Assembly (NCBI GenBank): GCA_013815345.1 | Contig: JACDGK010000007.1 | Span: forward strand, 1-46,325 | Reading direction: 5' to 3' | DNA from: Patescibacteria group bacterium | Lineage (GTDB): Bacteria; Patescibacteriota; Minisyncoccia; Phycocordibacterales; Phycocordibacteraceae | DNA: 46,325 nucleotides | Made by a program: the position numbers and the translations under genes | Notes under the pieces: model-generated | Database searches by the model: none | What the model was told of the DNA's origin: nothing | What the model saw: the letters and a program-made list of their open reading frames with translations, nothing else | Shown: piece after piece, positions 1 to 8,944 of the stretch | How the letters are laid out: every line of letters starts with the position of its first letter | Position numbering within the stretch: the stretch's first letter is position 1

Positions 1-2
1 GA

Positions 3-3000
3 AACATTCTCGTCGGCAATAGTGGTGGGGGATACACATTGACCGCGACCTCTTCGCTTGGCTTTACCTCAGGCACCGTCACCAGTGTGAACGCAAGTGG
101 TGGCACCACCGGTCTCTCCTTCAGTGGTGGCCCTATTACCACATCTGGCACCCTTACTCTTGCAGGAACGCTCGGCGTACCAAACGGCGGCACCGGTACA
201 AGCACATTTGCCAACAACCAACTCCTCATAGGAGGACCCGGCAACACGGTCACCCAAATCGCAACAAGCTCACTTGGCCTCCTCACCACCAACGTCGCCG
301 AAGGCACGAACCTGTACTTCACGAATGCTCGTGCCATCGCCTCCACTCTCACCGGATACACCAGTGGAGCCGGTACCATCACTGCAGCTGACAGCATACT
401 AAGTGCTATACAGAAGCTCAATGGCAACATTGGTGGCCTAGTCACTGGTGTCTCCTCAGTCTCAAACGCAGACAGCTCACTCACCATTTCACCAACCACC
501 GGAGCTGTGGTGGCGTCCTTGAATCTTGCACATGCGAACTACTGGACCGCATTACAAAACTTTACGAATGCTTCTACTTCGCAGTTCACCTCTACATCGA
601 CGACCTACCTCGCTTCTGTAAGTGGAAACGTAGGCATTGGTGCGACAACAACTCCTGGCTCAATTCTTTCAATTGCGAATGTGGCAAACTTTAGTGCAGC
701 TACCTCAACATTTTATGGAGCAGGAGGCGGCATAAACCTCACTGGCGGCGGATGTTTCGCGATAAATGGAGGCTGTATTGGCGGCTCGGGAGGCTCGGTA
801 AGTTCGGTAACAGCTTCTGACGGAAGCCTCACGATTTCTCCAAATTCTGGTGCGGTACTTGCGTCACTCAATCTCGCAAACGCAAATAGCTTTACTGGTC
901 TTCAGTCATTTGCGAAGGCTTCGTCGACACTCTTTTCAAACACTGGTACTGCATACTTCGGTGGCACCTCAACCACTACCATTAGCAACAATGGTTCACT
1001 CACATTGCCAACCGCTGCTACGCTTACCCTTGGCACTTTGACCGGTCCACTTCAAGTAATTGGCGGTGTTGTTTCTGCTTCTTCGACGCTCAGCGTATTT
1101 TACGGTGGCACCGGAGCAACTACTCTTGGCGCAGGAGGTCTTTTGGTTGGTAACGGCGCTAGCGCCGTTACCACTGTTGCAGACACTTCTGCAGGCTCTG
1201 TTCTTATCTCTGGCGGCGTCGGTCTCCCTCCTTCTTATTCAAACTCACCAAGTATAACTGCACTTACTTCTCCGACTATCACCGTCTCCACATCACTCCA
1301 GGGAGGTAGCATCAACACTTCAAACCTTACTTTGAAAGGCTCATCAAACGCTACTCCTACGACCGGCGGCAATATTATTTTCCAGCCAGGTAACTCAGTT
1401 GAAGCAGGCCGTTTTGTGGGACTACGACTCGGCATTGGCACGACGACTCCACTTGGCCAGCTTCAAGTGGCGACTTCAACTAATCAAATAGGGGTCAGGG
1501 ATCAGCTTGTTCTTACCGATAATGCAGCAGGTGCAAACCTCAAGCACATTGGATTCGGTTCTGCCGGCGGCAATCTTTCGATAGACACGATAAATGATGC
1601 CTATGCAACCACTACTCGTCTTACGCTTCTCAGCAGTGGCAAGTTTGGTATTGGAACGACTTCTCCTGCAAGCACACTCACCGTAACGGGCTCGGCCTGT
1701 TTCTCACAAGGTGCAGCAGCAACCCTTGCGTGCGGTACGACGGCTGGAGATATTTATTATGGCACTGCAAATACCGGTGCATACGACGTGGCTGAAAATT
1801 ATGAGACGTCTGATCCTTCCGTGTCACCGGGAACTATTGTCGCGCTTGACGGCACGAAATCTAAGACCATTACGACCGCGCAACCTGGTGCACAAATCTT
1901 TGGCGTCGTTTCTACGAATCCTGGTCTTCTCCTCGGCGGCGCTGATGCGGCGATACAGAAAACGGCGTATCGATCAGTCGCGCTTTCAGGACGCGTACCG
2001 GTGAAGATAAGTATGGAAGGTGGAGCAGTTCATGTGGGCGATCGCATCGCACTCTCCTCAGTGCCGGGCGTTGGTATGAAAGCAACGAATTCAGGACAAA
2101 CGGTGGGTATCGCGCTTGATGACGCGCCATCAGCAGGTACCGTCGATCTATTTGTACAGCCCCAATACAGCTTTACGCCGGGCCAGCTTTCGATCGATGG
2201 ACCGACCGGCACGGTGAATGTCGGAACGAGTGCTGCTAATTCAAAACTGACGATCAATGGAGCAGTTACCGCCTCCAGCTATGTCGTCCCTGGTGCCGCA
2301 CAAAACTTCATAAACACCTTTGGAAATCTTTCGTCAGGAACGAATACGGCTTCATCCGTACTTTCCACTGATGGCACCGGCGTCGATCTTTACAAGCTTG
2401 CGACGTTTACGCTCTCGAATGTGCAAAAATTGGTCTCAACAACCGCCACACTTTCAACTCAGGTGAGTGACTTGCAGACTCGAGTGACGGCACTTGAAAA
2501 TATGAACATCTCGACTACGACGAATCAGGTTTCCACGACCACCTCTGGATTCTCAACTTCCACGCTCGCCAGTGCGCTTGAGAGTTTCGGTGTCTTACTC
2601 CAAAACGGTATCGCACAATTCAATACGCTTGTCGTGCATAATCTTGTCTTCTCAAAATCTGCTGATGGCAGTTCAGCAGCAGGGAATGGCACGGTGCTTG
2701 CAGGCAATACCGTGGTAGAAATTGACACGCCACACATGCTCTCGACATCGAAAGTTTCGATCACACTAACGTCTCCTCTTAGCGGCAATTGGTTCATCTC
2801 TGATAAGGAAGATGGAAAATTCCGTGTCACCCTATCGCAAGCACAGACGAGCGATGTCAGTTTCGACTACTTTATTGTTCAGACACAAGGACAGCTCGCA
2901 ACCTCAACCCCGACCGGATACGTTGGAAGTCCGTTTAGCTGGCTTGCCGGTCTCTTTGGAAGTACGTCATCAAGCACGAATACTAATCCTCCGCCTGCAA

Positions 3001-3440
3001 CTCCTCCTGCCGTGACGCCACCAACAGATACTGGTACTTCAATCCCACCAATAACGGGAACGACGACCCCGCCGGCCGACACTGGCACTAGTACACCACC
3101 AACAAGCGCTTCTTCGACGCCGCCAACCATAACACTTAAGGGAGCAAGTGCGATATCACTCAGCCAAGGCGACATCTTTACTGACCCCGGTGCTAAAGCA
3201 AAAAATGCTGCCGGCACCGATATTTCTAGCTCGATAGTAGAAACAGGATCAGTCGACACGACTGCGGCGGGTATATACACCCTTACGTATACAGCTACTG
3301 ACGGAGCAGGGAATAGTGCGCATGTTTCGCGCGTCGTAACTGTCTCTGCCGCCGCGACGCCACCACCATCGACGCCTCCTCCTGCACCTCCTACTCCTCC
3401 TTCAGACTCGGGCTCATCGACTCCGCCGGTGAGTCCGTGA
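3..3440 (+). CDS. Large Ser/Thr/Gly-rich surface protein (5'-truncated), tail-fibre/adhesin-like, with peptidase G2-like chaperone region, coiled coil and C-terminal DUF5011-like Ig domain
   Basis: The frame is open from base 3, so the true start lies upstream of the window. Motifs: GNVGIG/GIGTTxP repeats; YDVAENY...GVVSTNPG...VALSGRVPVK; LQTRVTALE coil; PTITLKG...FTDPGA...GSVDT...G.YTLTY.ATD.AGN; Pro-rich linkers. Confidence 0.75.
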   Translation, partial: NILVGNSGGGYTLTATSSLGFTSGTVTSVNASGGTTGLSFSGGPITTSGTLTLAGTLGVPNGGTGTSTFANNQLLIGGPGNTVTQIATSSLGLLTTNVAEGTNLYFTNARAIASTLTGYTSGAGTITAADSILSAIQKLNGNIGGLVTGVSSVSNADSSLTISPTTGAVVASLNLAHANYWTALQNFTNASTSQFTSTSTTYLASVSGNVGIGATTTPGSILSIANVANFSAATSTFYGAGGGINLTGGGCFAINGGCIGGSGGSVSSVTASDGSLTISPNSGAVLASLNLANANSFTGLQSFAKASSTLFSNTGTAYFGGTSTTTISNNGSLTLPTAATLTLGTLTGPLQVIGGVVSASSTLSVFYGGTGATTLGAGGLLVGNGASAVTTVADTSAGSVLISGGVGLPPSYSNSPSITALTSPTITVSTSLQGGSINTSNLTLKGSSNATPTTGGNIIFQPGNSVEAGRFVGLRLGIGTTTPLGQLQVATSTNQIGVRDQLVLTDNAAGANLKHIGFGSAGGNLSIDTINDAYATTTRLTLLSSGKFGIGTTSPASTLTVTGSACFSQGAAATLACGTTAGDIYYGTANTGAYDVAENYETSDPSVSPGTIVALDGTKSKTITTAQPGAQIFGVVSTNPGLLLGGADAAIQKTAYRSVALSGRVPVKISMEGGAVHVGDRIALSSVPGVGMKATNSGQTVGIALDDAPSAGTVDLFVQPQYSFTPGQLSIDGPTGTVNVGTSAANSKLTINGAVTASSYVVPGAAQNFINTFGNLSSGTNTASSVLSTDGTGVDLYKLATFTLSNVQKLVSTTATLSTQVSDLQTRVTALENMNISTTTNQVSTTTSGFSTSTLASALESFGVLLQNGIAQFNTLVVHNLVFSKSADGSSAAGNGTVLAGNTVVEIDTPHMLSTSKVSITLTSPLSGNWFISDKEDGKFRVTLSQAQTSDVSFDYFIVQTQGQLATSTPTGYVGSPFSWLAGLFGSTSSSTNTNPPPATPPAVTPPTDTGTSIPPITGTTTPPADTGTSTPPTSASSTPPTITLKGASAISLSQGDIFTDPGAKAKNAAGTDISSSIVETGSVDTTAAGIYTLTYTATDGAGNSAHVSRVVTVSAAATPPPSTPPPAPPTPPSDSGSSTPPVSP

Positions 3441-3515
3441 TCTGCCGGCAGAGTAAAAACGCATCATGATACACTTTAAAAATCTTAGTAATCAGACTTC
3501 TAATCTCGCTTTGAC

Positions 3516-4529
3516 ATGAACACTATCCGCATAGCAATTAATGGATTCGGCCGCATCGGTCGCGCATTTGTACGACAGACGTGGGATAACTCTGAAATCG
3601 AGCTTGTTGCCGTAAATGATCTCGGTTCGTTGGAAGATTTTGCGTATCTCTTGAAATACGACACGGTGTATGGTCATGCACCATTTTCAATCGAGCAGCA
3701 GGAAGGGGGGCTTCTTATGAATGGAAAGCTCGTGAAATTTCTTTCAGAAAAAGACGCAACGCTTTTACCGTGGAAGGATATGAACGTTGACGTGGTTGTT
3801 GAAGCAACGGGTGTCTATGACGATTATATAAAAGCAGGTGCCCATATAAAAGCAGGCGCTCGTCGTGTGGTCATTTCTGCTCCCGCAAAAAGTGATGAGG
3901 GAGGTGCGACCGTATTGATGGGAGTAAATGAAGAAAAACTGCAGACGTGCCCCATTACTTCGAATGCATCGTGCACCACGAACGCCTCGTCACCCGTGAT
4001 CGCTATCATGGATGAACACATCGGGATTGATCTCGCACTTCTGAATACGACGCATGCGTACACCGCAACGCAATCAATCGTCGACAGTCCGGTGAAGGGA
4101 AACGATTTGCGCCGTGGCAGAGCCGCGGCGCAAAACATCGTGCCGTCTTCTACCGGTGCTGCAATCGCCGTTACAAAAGCCTATGAAAATTTAAAAGATC
4201 GTTTCGACGGTATTTCTTTACGGGTACCCGTTCCTGCTGGATCAATTGCGGACGTGACGTTCATCGCGAAACGTGATACGAATGCAGAAGAAGTAAATGA
4301 GATTTTAAAAAAGGCAGCGAGCGAAGCTCGCTGGCAGGGAATTTTCCGCGCGAGTGAAGACCCTCTTTGCTCGAGTGATATTATCGGTGACCGTCATGCG
4401 TCGATAGCAGAGCTTTCGATGACGCGCGTCGTTGGGGGCAGACTGGTGAAGGTACTCGCCTGGTATGACAACGAAATGGGCTATACCGGTACTCTCGTGC
4501 GGCACGTACTGGCTACTGGCAATGTCTGA
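3516..4529 (+). CDS. gap: Type I glyceraldehyde-3-phosphate dehydrogenase
   Basis: INGFGRIGR, catalytic SNASCTTN, C-terminal AWYDNE. Confidence 0.97.
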   Translation: MNTIRIAINGFGRIGRAFVRQTWDNSEIELVAVNDLGSLEDFAYLLKYDTVYGHAPFSIEQQEGGLLMNGKLVKFLSEKDATLLPWKDMNVDVVVEATGVYDDYIKAGAHIKAGARRVVISAPAKSDEGGATVLMGVNEEKLQTCPITSNASCTTNASSPVIAIMDEHIGIDLALLNTTHAYTATQSIVDSPVKGNDLRRGRAAAQNIVPSSTGAAIAVTKAYENLKDRFDGISLRVPVPAGSIADVTFIAKRDTNAEEVNEILKKAASEARWQGIFRASEDPLCSSDIIGDRHASIAELSMTRVVGGRLVKVLAWYDNEMGYTGTLVRHVLATGNV

Positions 4530-5037
4530 TTCTGGAAAAAAGACGCGGGTATATATAGCGAGTGACCACGCAGGCTACGAGCTGAAAAATCTGCTTATAC
4601 CTTATATAGGTAATTTGCAGCAGAAGACGCAATTTGACGTGATAGATATGGGTCCGTTGGTGCTGGATCCTGAAGACGATTATCCAGAATTAATAGCGCC
4701 GTGTGCGGAAAAAGTGGCTCAAAATAAGGATTCTCTCGGCATTATTATCGGCAGCAGTGGGCAAGGAGAGGCAATGGTCGCGAATCGACAGAAGGGCATA
4801 CGGGCTGCTGTTTTTTATGGCGGCGCCAAGGCGCCACACTCTTTCGAAGAGGAGGGTACGAGTGGTACTGACCTTTTCGACATAGTACGGGCCACACGTC
4901 TGCATAATGACGCAAATATTCTTTCCCTGGGAGCTCGCTTTATATCTGAAGAAGAGGCAAAAGAGGCGGTGCGCATCTTTTTAGAAACGGCCTTTTCAAA
5001 TGCGGCGCGCCATGCGCGCCGCATCGCCGAATTCTAA
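4522..5037 (+). CDS. rpiB: Ribose-5-phosphate isomerase B (RpiB/LacA/LacB family)
   Basis: IASDHAGYELK, DDYP, GSSGQG.AMVANR, HNDANILSLGAR, RHARRI. ATG at 4522 overlaps the end of gap. Confidence 0.93.
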   Translation: MSDSGKKTRVYIASDHAGYELKNLLIPYIGNLQQKTQFDVIDMGPLVLDPEDDYPELIAPCAEKVAQNKDSLGIIIGSSGQGEAMVANRQKGIRAAVFYGGAKAPHSFEEEGTSGTDLFDIVRATRLHNDANILSLGARFISEEEAKEAVRIFLETAFSNAARHARRIAEF

Positions 5038-5082
5038 TTTTTACTCCATTTGAGCTAAGGTTCGCGCTATACTATTTATTAT

Positions 5083-5655
5083 ATGAAGTCCAGAAGTATT
5101 GAGTCTCACAATCGGGGTTTTACCCTCATTGAGCTTTTAGTGGTCATTGCTATTATCGGTCTCCTCTCATCTATAGTACTTGCTGCGGTCAACATCGCTC
5201 GAATGCACGCTATTGATGCTTCTCGCACCACCAATCTACTTCAAGTACAACAAGCAATCGAACTATACTACAGTGATAACAATCTCTACCCAAAATCTTA
5301 CAAAGAAAATAATCCGCAGAATACGGGAAACGGTATTTTTTATGTTTCCGGCCAATGTGTAGAGGGCAACAAAGCACCGATCATTCCTGACTCACTGGGA
5401 AGATCTGTTATTAATGGCCTACCTCTCGGCAATTTATCAGGTGGGTATATTGCTCAACTCCCCAGTGATACAAAAATGAATGTTAACGGAAATAATTGTT
5501 GCTACACCTATTACGTAACAGCGGATCATCAAAGCTACAAATACACCTTTGACGGTTGTGCGTTAACGGGCTCTGCCGATGGAACCGGATCATTTAAAGA
5601 TCCAGTGCATAGTGGTGCCTGGAGCGTATATTCTCCAGGGGGCGCTAACTTATAA
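5083..5655 (+). CDS. Type IV pilin / GspG-like prepilin
   Basis: Class III signal RG|FTLIELLVVIAIIGLLSSIV, then AIELYYSDN..YP and a Cys-containing variable C-terminus. Confidence 0.92.
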   Translation: MKSRSIESHNRGFTLIELLVVIAIIGLLSSIVLAAVNIARMHAIDASRTTNLLQVQQAIELYYSDNNLYPKSYKENNPQNTGNGIFYVSGQCVEGNKAPIIPDSLGRSVINGLPLGNLSGGYIAQLPSDTKMNVNGNNCCYTYYVTADHQSYKYTFDGCALTGSADGTGSFKDPVHSGAWSVYSPGGANL

Positions 5656-5657
5656 GC

Positions 5658-6377
5658 ATGGCAGCAATTGTCCCTGCCATACTTCCTGTATCGCAAGAGG
5701 ATTTGGAAGACAAACTTGCAGCCCTAGTCGGATTGGTGGATTCAGTGCAGATCGATATTGTTGACGGACGATTCATCTCACCTGCGTCGTGGCCGTATCG
5801 TACAGAATCAGATAAAGGATTGCCATCGTTTGCAGGAAAAACATTTTCGCATCTGGGCCAAATTCATTATGAGATGGATCTCATGGTTTCTGCACCAGAA
5901 GATGTGGCAGGCACATGGGTCGAAGCCGGAGCGGATCGCATCACGCTCCACGTCGAGAGTACGAATTATTTACCCAAAACGATAACCGATCTGGAAGTAC
6001 GGTATGGTCATGCGAAAGATTTTGCTCCGGAACTTCTCGCCATCGGTATCGCACTCAATATTCAAAGTGATCTTGCTATTATCGAGCCCTATATGGCCCA
6101 GATTGATTATGTGCAATTCATGGGCATCGCTACTATAGGAAAGCAGGGCGAACCATTCGATACGCGTGTATTGCAAAAAATCGCAACCTTTAAAAAAAAG
6201 CATCCCGAGATACCGGTGCAAGTCGATGGCGGTGTTTCACTTCAAACAGCTCCGGCGTTGCTTTCAGCGGGAGTGGAACGACTCATCGTCGGTTCCGCGC
6301 TCTGGAACGCACCTGATCTCGCAACGGAACTACAAAAATTCAACGAACTTCTTCACCAATACGGTATCTACACGTAG
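5658..6377 (+). CDS. rpe: Ribulose-phosphate 3-epimerase
   Basis: IVPAIL, QIDIVDGRF, EMDLMV, ITLHVE, GKQGEPF, QVDGGV, IVGSAL. Confidence 0.9.
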   Translation: MAAIVPAILPVSQEDLEDKLAALVGLVDSVQIDIVDGRFISPASWPYRTESDKGLPSFAGKTFSHLGQIHYEMDLMVSAPEDVAGTWVEAGADRITLHVESTNYLPKTITDLEVRYGHAKDFAPELLAIGIALNIQSDLAIIEPYMAQIDYVQFMGIATIGKQGEPFDTRVLQKIATFKKKHPEIPVQVDGGVSLQTAPALLSAGVERLIVGSALWNAPDLATELQKFNELLHQYGIYT

Positions 6378-6406
6378 AAGCGGCTGCAAGACATACCTGC
6401 CGCTTC
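6377..6406 (+). terminator. Hairpin after rpe
   Basis: GAAGCGGC...GCCGCTTC inverted repeat; the U-tract is weak. Confidence 0.4.
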
Positions 6407-6429
6407 CTTGTACGTGGTATTCTTTTTTT

Positions 6430-7305
6430 ATGAGTGTTAATGATTCTGAAATAAAAATACTAGAAGAGAAAGCAGAAAAGATTCGCGAGACGATTATCGA
6501 GATGCTGGTAGCTGCGGGAAGCGGGCACACTGCCGGTCCGCTCGATATGGCTGATATATTTGCAGCGTTTTATTTTCATATTCTTAGTCATGATCCGAAG
6601 AATCCCGACTGGGAAGAGCGGGATCGACTGATACTTTCAAATGGGCACATCGTGCCGGTGCGGTATGCCGCCATGGCGCATGCTGGCTATTTTCCTATTG
6701 AGGAATGTCTGACACTGCGGAAATTTGGCAGCAGATTGCAGGGTCATCCAGAGCGTGTGCGATTGCCGGGACTCGAGACAACTTCAGGTCCGCTTGGGGA
6801 GGGTCTTTCGCAGGGAGGGGGTATCGCGTATGCATTTCAAATGGATGCTAAGAAATCAGGAAAACCTGACCACCGCCGGGTGTATGTGGCTATGGGTGAT
6901 GGCGAGCAAGACGAAGGGAATGTATGGGAGGCGGTGATGTGGGTGGGGAAGAACAAGCTGCATAACCTCACAGCGATCATTGACCGCAACAACATTCAAA
7001 TCGATGGTATGACGGAAGACATTATGCCGCTCGAGTCGCTTCGCGCGAAGTACGAAGCATTTAATTGGCATGTGATTGAGGTGGACGGTCACAACATTCG
7101 TCGGTTCATCGAAGCCGTCGACGAAGCGAAAGCAATCTATGAGAAACCAACGGTAATCATCGCACACACAATTCCCGGAAAAGGTGTTCCTGACATTGAG
7201 TTCGATTATCACTGGCACGGTAAGCCACCGACCAAGGAGCAAGGAAAGGATTTTCTCAAAGAAATTCGTACCATGGGCGGCAAAGTCCCGCATGAGTATG
7301 CCTAG
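6430..7305 (+). CDS. Transketolase, N-terminal (TPP-binding) subunit
   Basis: AGSGH, RDRLILSNGH, LQGHP, TSGPLGEG, GDGEQDEG.VWEA TPP motif. ATG 6430 follows an extended -10. Confidence 0.93.
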   Translation: MSVNDSEIKILEEKAEKIRETIIEMLVAAGSGHTAGPLDMADIFAAFYFHILSHDPKNPDWEERDRLILSNGHIVPVRYAAMAHAGYFPIEECLTLRKFGSRLQGHPERVRLPGLETTSGPLGEGLSQGGGIAYAFQMDAKKSGKPDHRRVYVAMGDGEQDEGNVWEAVMWVGKNKLHNLTAIIDRNNIQIDGMTEDIMPLESLRAKYEAFNWHVIEVDGHNIRRFIEAVDEAKAIYEKPTVIIAHTIPGKGVPDIEFDYHWHGKPPTKEQGKDFLKEIRTMGGKVPHEYA

Positions 7306-7345
7306 TTCCGCGAATGCCTAATGCCTTGCAAGCATAATTTTTGGC

Positions 7346-7374
7346 TTGTATATCAATATCTGAGACTGTATAGT
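7346..7374 (+). promoter_or_regulatory. Sigma70-type promoter pointing toward the 3' end of the toxin gene
   Basis: TTGTAT (7346-7351), 17 bp spacer, TATAGT (7369-7374). Confidence 0.55.
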
Positions 7375-7380
7375 AGAGGT

Positions 7381-7457
7381 ACAGTTGGCTTCGGTCCCAC
7401 CTCCGCAAGGAGGAGAATGTAGAAATCCATCAGAACAAATCTCTGATGGATTTTCTT
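7381..7457 (+). ncRNA. Candidate structured small RNA convergent with and overlapping the PemK toxin 3' end
   Basis: cUUCGg hairpin 7387-7396; CCUCC-GCAA-GGAGG hairpin 7400-7413; 12-bp terminator-like stem 7423-7434/7442-7453; upstream promoter motif. Confidence 0.5.
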
Positions 7458-7819
7458 ATATGTGCGAAAGTCTCCCTTTGTAGAAGGCCAATTTTCTCCA
7501 CGAGGCGGCGAGTATCGATAACTCGCATCTGAGAAATATTCGCTCGTGCTGCACGACCATTAACGACACCTACAGAAACACGAAGTGGATGTTCACGAGT
7601 AGAAGTGGTGAGCGGAACGACAAGACACGCACCGTGACCAAATCCGCACAATATGAGTGCGGGGCGTAGAAAATTGTCGCCTCGACCGTCTTGTTCTGTT
7701 CCAATATTTATGCCAAAACGGCACCACCATATTTCTTGGACTTTGTAATATCGAGGATTTTCGTCATTCGTCTTTTTCTTTAGTTTATTCCATTCATCGA
7801 AATCTTTCTCCATTTCCAT
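7430..7819 (-). CDS. PemK/MazF-family endoribonuclease toxin with no adjacent protein antitoxin
   Basis: EIWWCRFGINIGTEQDG...RPALIL...VVPLTT...ISQMRVIDTRRL are PemK motifs; N-terminal KDFDEWN extension. Confidence 0.88.
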   Translation of the reverse strand: MEMEKDFDEWNKLKKKTNDENPRYYKVQEIWWCRFGINIGTEQDGRGDNFLRPALILCGFGHGACLVVPLTTSTREHPLRVSVGVVNGRAARANISQMRVIDTRRLVEKIGLLQRETFAHIRKSIRDLF

Positions 7820-7917
7820 TGAATACTAGACAATGGGTCTTAAAATTCTTCTCTAGATACATTAAAATCTTTCTAAAATTGATAGTAGAGGCGGTGTTGG
7901 TATATAGTAATGGGAGC

Positions 7918-8916
7918 ATGATTAATCCTGAAGCAAAACTCGTAGAAAATCTTTTCGATGCGAAGCTCGAACAGAAACCAACGCGCGATGGATTCGGCAC
8001 GGGCACCGTAGAGGCAGGGAAGGTAGATGAAAATGTTCTCGTGCTCTGTGCGGATCTTTCCGAATCAACGCGCGCAGAATGGTTCCAGAAAGAATTTCCG
8101 GATCGATTCATCGAAATGGGAATCGCTGAGCAAAATATGGCAGCAACCGCTGCCGGATTTGCGCTTGCCGGAAAAGTTCCTTTCATGGCATCATACGCAG
8201 CTTTTTCTCCCGGTAGAAACTACGAACAGATTCGCACTACTATCGCATTGAATAAAATGAACGTAAAAATTTGCGGCATGCATGCGGGCGTCTCCGTCGG
8301 TCCGGATGGTGCAACGCACCAAATGCTGGAGGACATCGGGCTGATGCGCATGTTGCCGGGCATGACGGTGATCGCACCTGCGGATGCAGAAGAGGCACGT
8401 AAGGCAGTTGTTGCAGCGGCGAAAACGTCCACACCCGTGTATCTACGATTTGGCCGCGCTGGAACCCCGGTCTTTACGACTCCTGAAACTCCCTTTACTA
8501 TCGGAAAAGCACTTACCCTCTGGGAAAGCGAGCATTTACAGCCTAAAATAACGATTCTTGCAACCGGTGCGATGGCGTACCAGGCCTTAGTCGCCGCCCG
8601 TGCGCTTGAAGTAGACGGCATCGGTTCAATCGTTAGCTCAGTGCCGACCGTGAAGCCTCTCGATAAAGAAACGATTATTGCTGCAGCAAAACGCACGTCA
8701 CGAGTGGTGACGATCGAAGAGCACCAAGCCGCAGGAGGTTTCGGAAGTGCGGTGGCAGAGATGCTGAGCGAAGACTATCCTGTTCCGGTTACCCGAATCG
8801 GGATACCGGATGTGTTCGGACAGTCTGGTGAACCAGACGAATTACTTACACACTATGGATTATCTTCTGTACACATCGAAGAAGTAGTGCGGAAACTTCT
8901 TAACGTTCCCCTATAA
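7918..8916 (+). CDS. Transketolase, C-terminal (pyrimidine-binding) subunit
   Basis: ADLSEST, EMGIAEQNM, GPDGATHQ, PVYLRFGR, KPLD, IEEH...GGFGS. Confidence 0.93.
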   Translation: MINPEAKLVENLFDAKLEQKPTRDGFGTGTVEAGKVDENVLVLCADLSESTRAEWFQKEFPDRFIEMGIAEQNMAATAAGFALAGKVPFMASYAAFSPGRNYEQIRTTIALNKMNVKICGMHAGVSVGPDGATHQMLEDIGLMRMLPGMTVIAPADAEEARKAVVAAAKTSTPVYLRFGRAGTPVFTTPETPFTIGKALTLWESEHLQPKITILATGAMAYQALVAARALEVDGIGSIVSSVPTVKPLDKETIIAAAKRTSRVVTIEEHQAAGGFGSAVAEMLSEDYPVPVTRIGIPDVFGQSGEPDELLTHYGLSSVHIEEVVRKLLNVPL

Positions 8917-8944
8917 GACAAGCAGGTAACTAATTTCTCAAGAC

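Noticed and set aside
6166-6429. Long upstream starts in the ORF track (also 4465, 7657, 30366 and 40348)
   Set aside because: They overlap neighbouring genes. Family motifs, and in most cases -10 boxes, support the downstream ATGs.
7381-7457. Hammerhead ribozyme
   Set aside because: CTGATGG lies inside the terminator stem, and the CUGANGA/GAAA core is not arranged around the junction.
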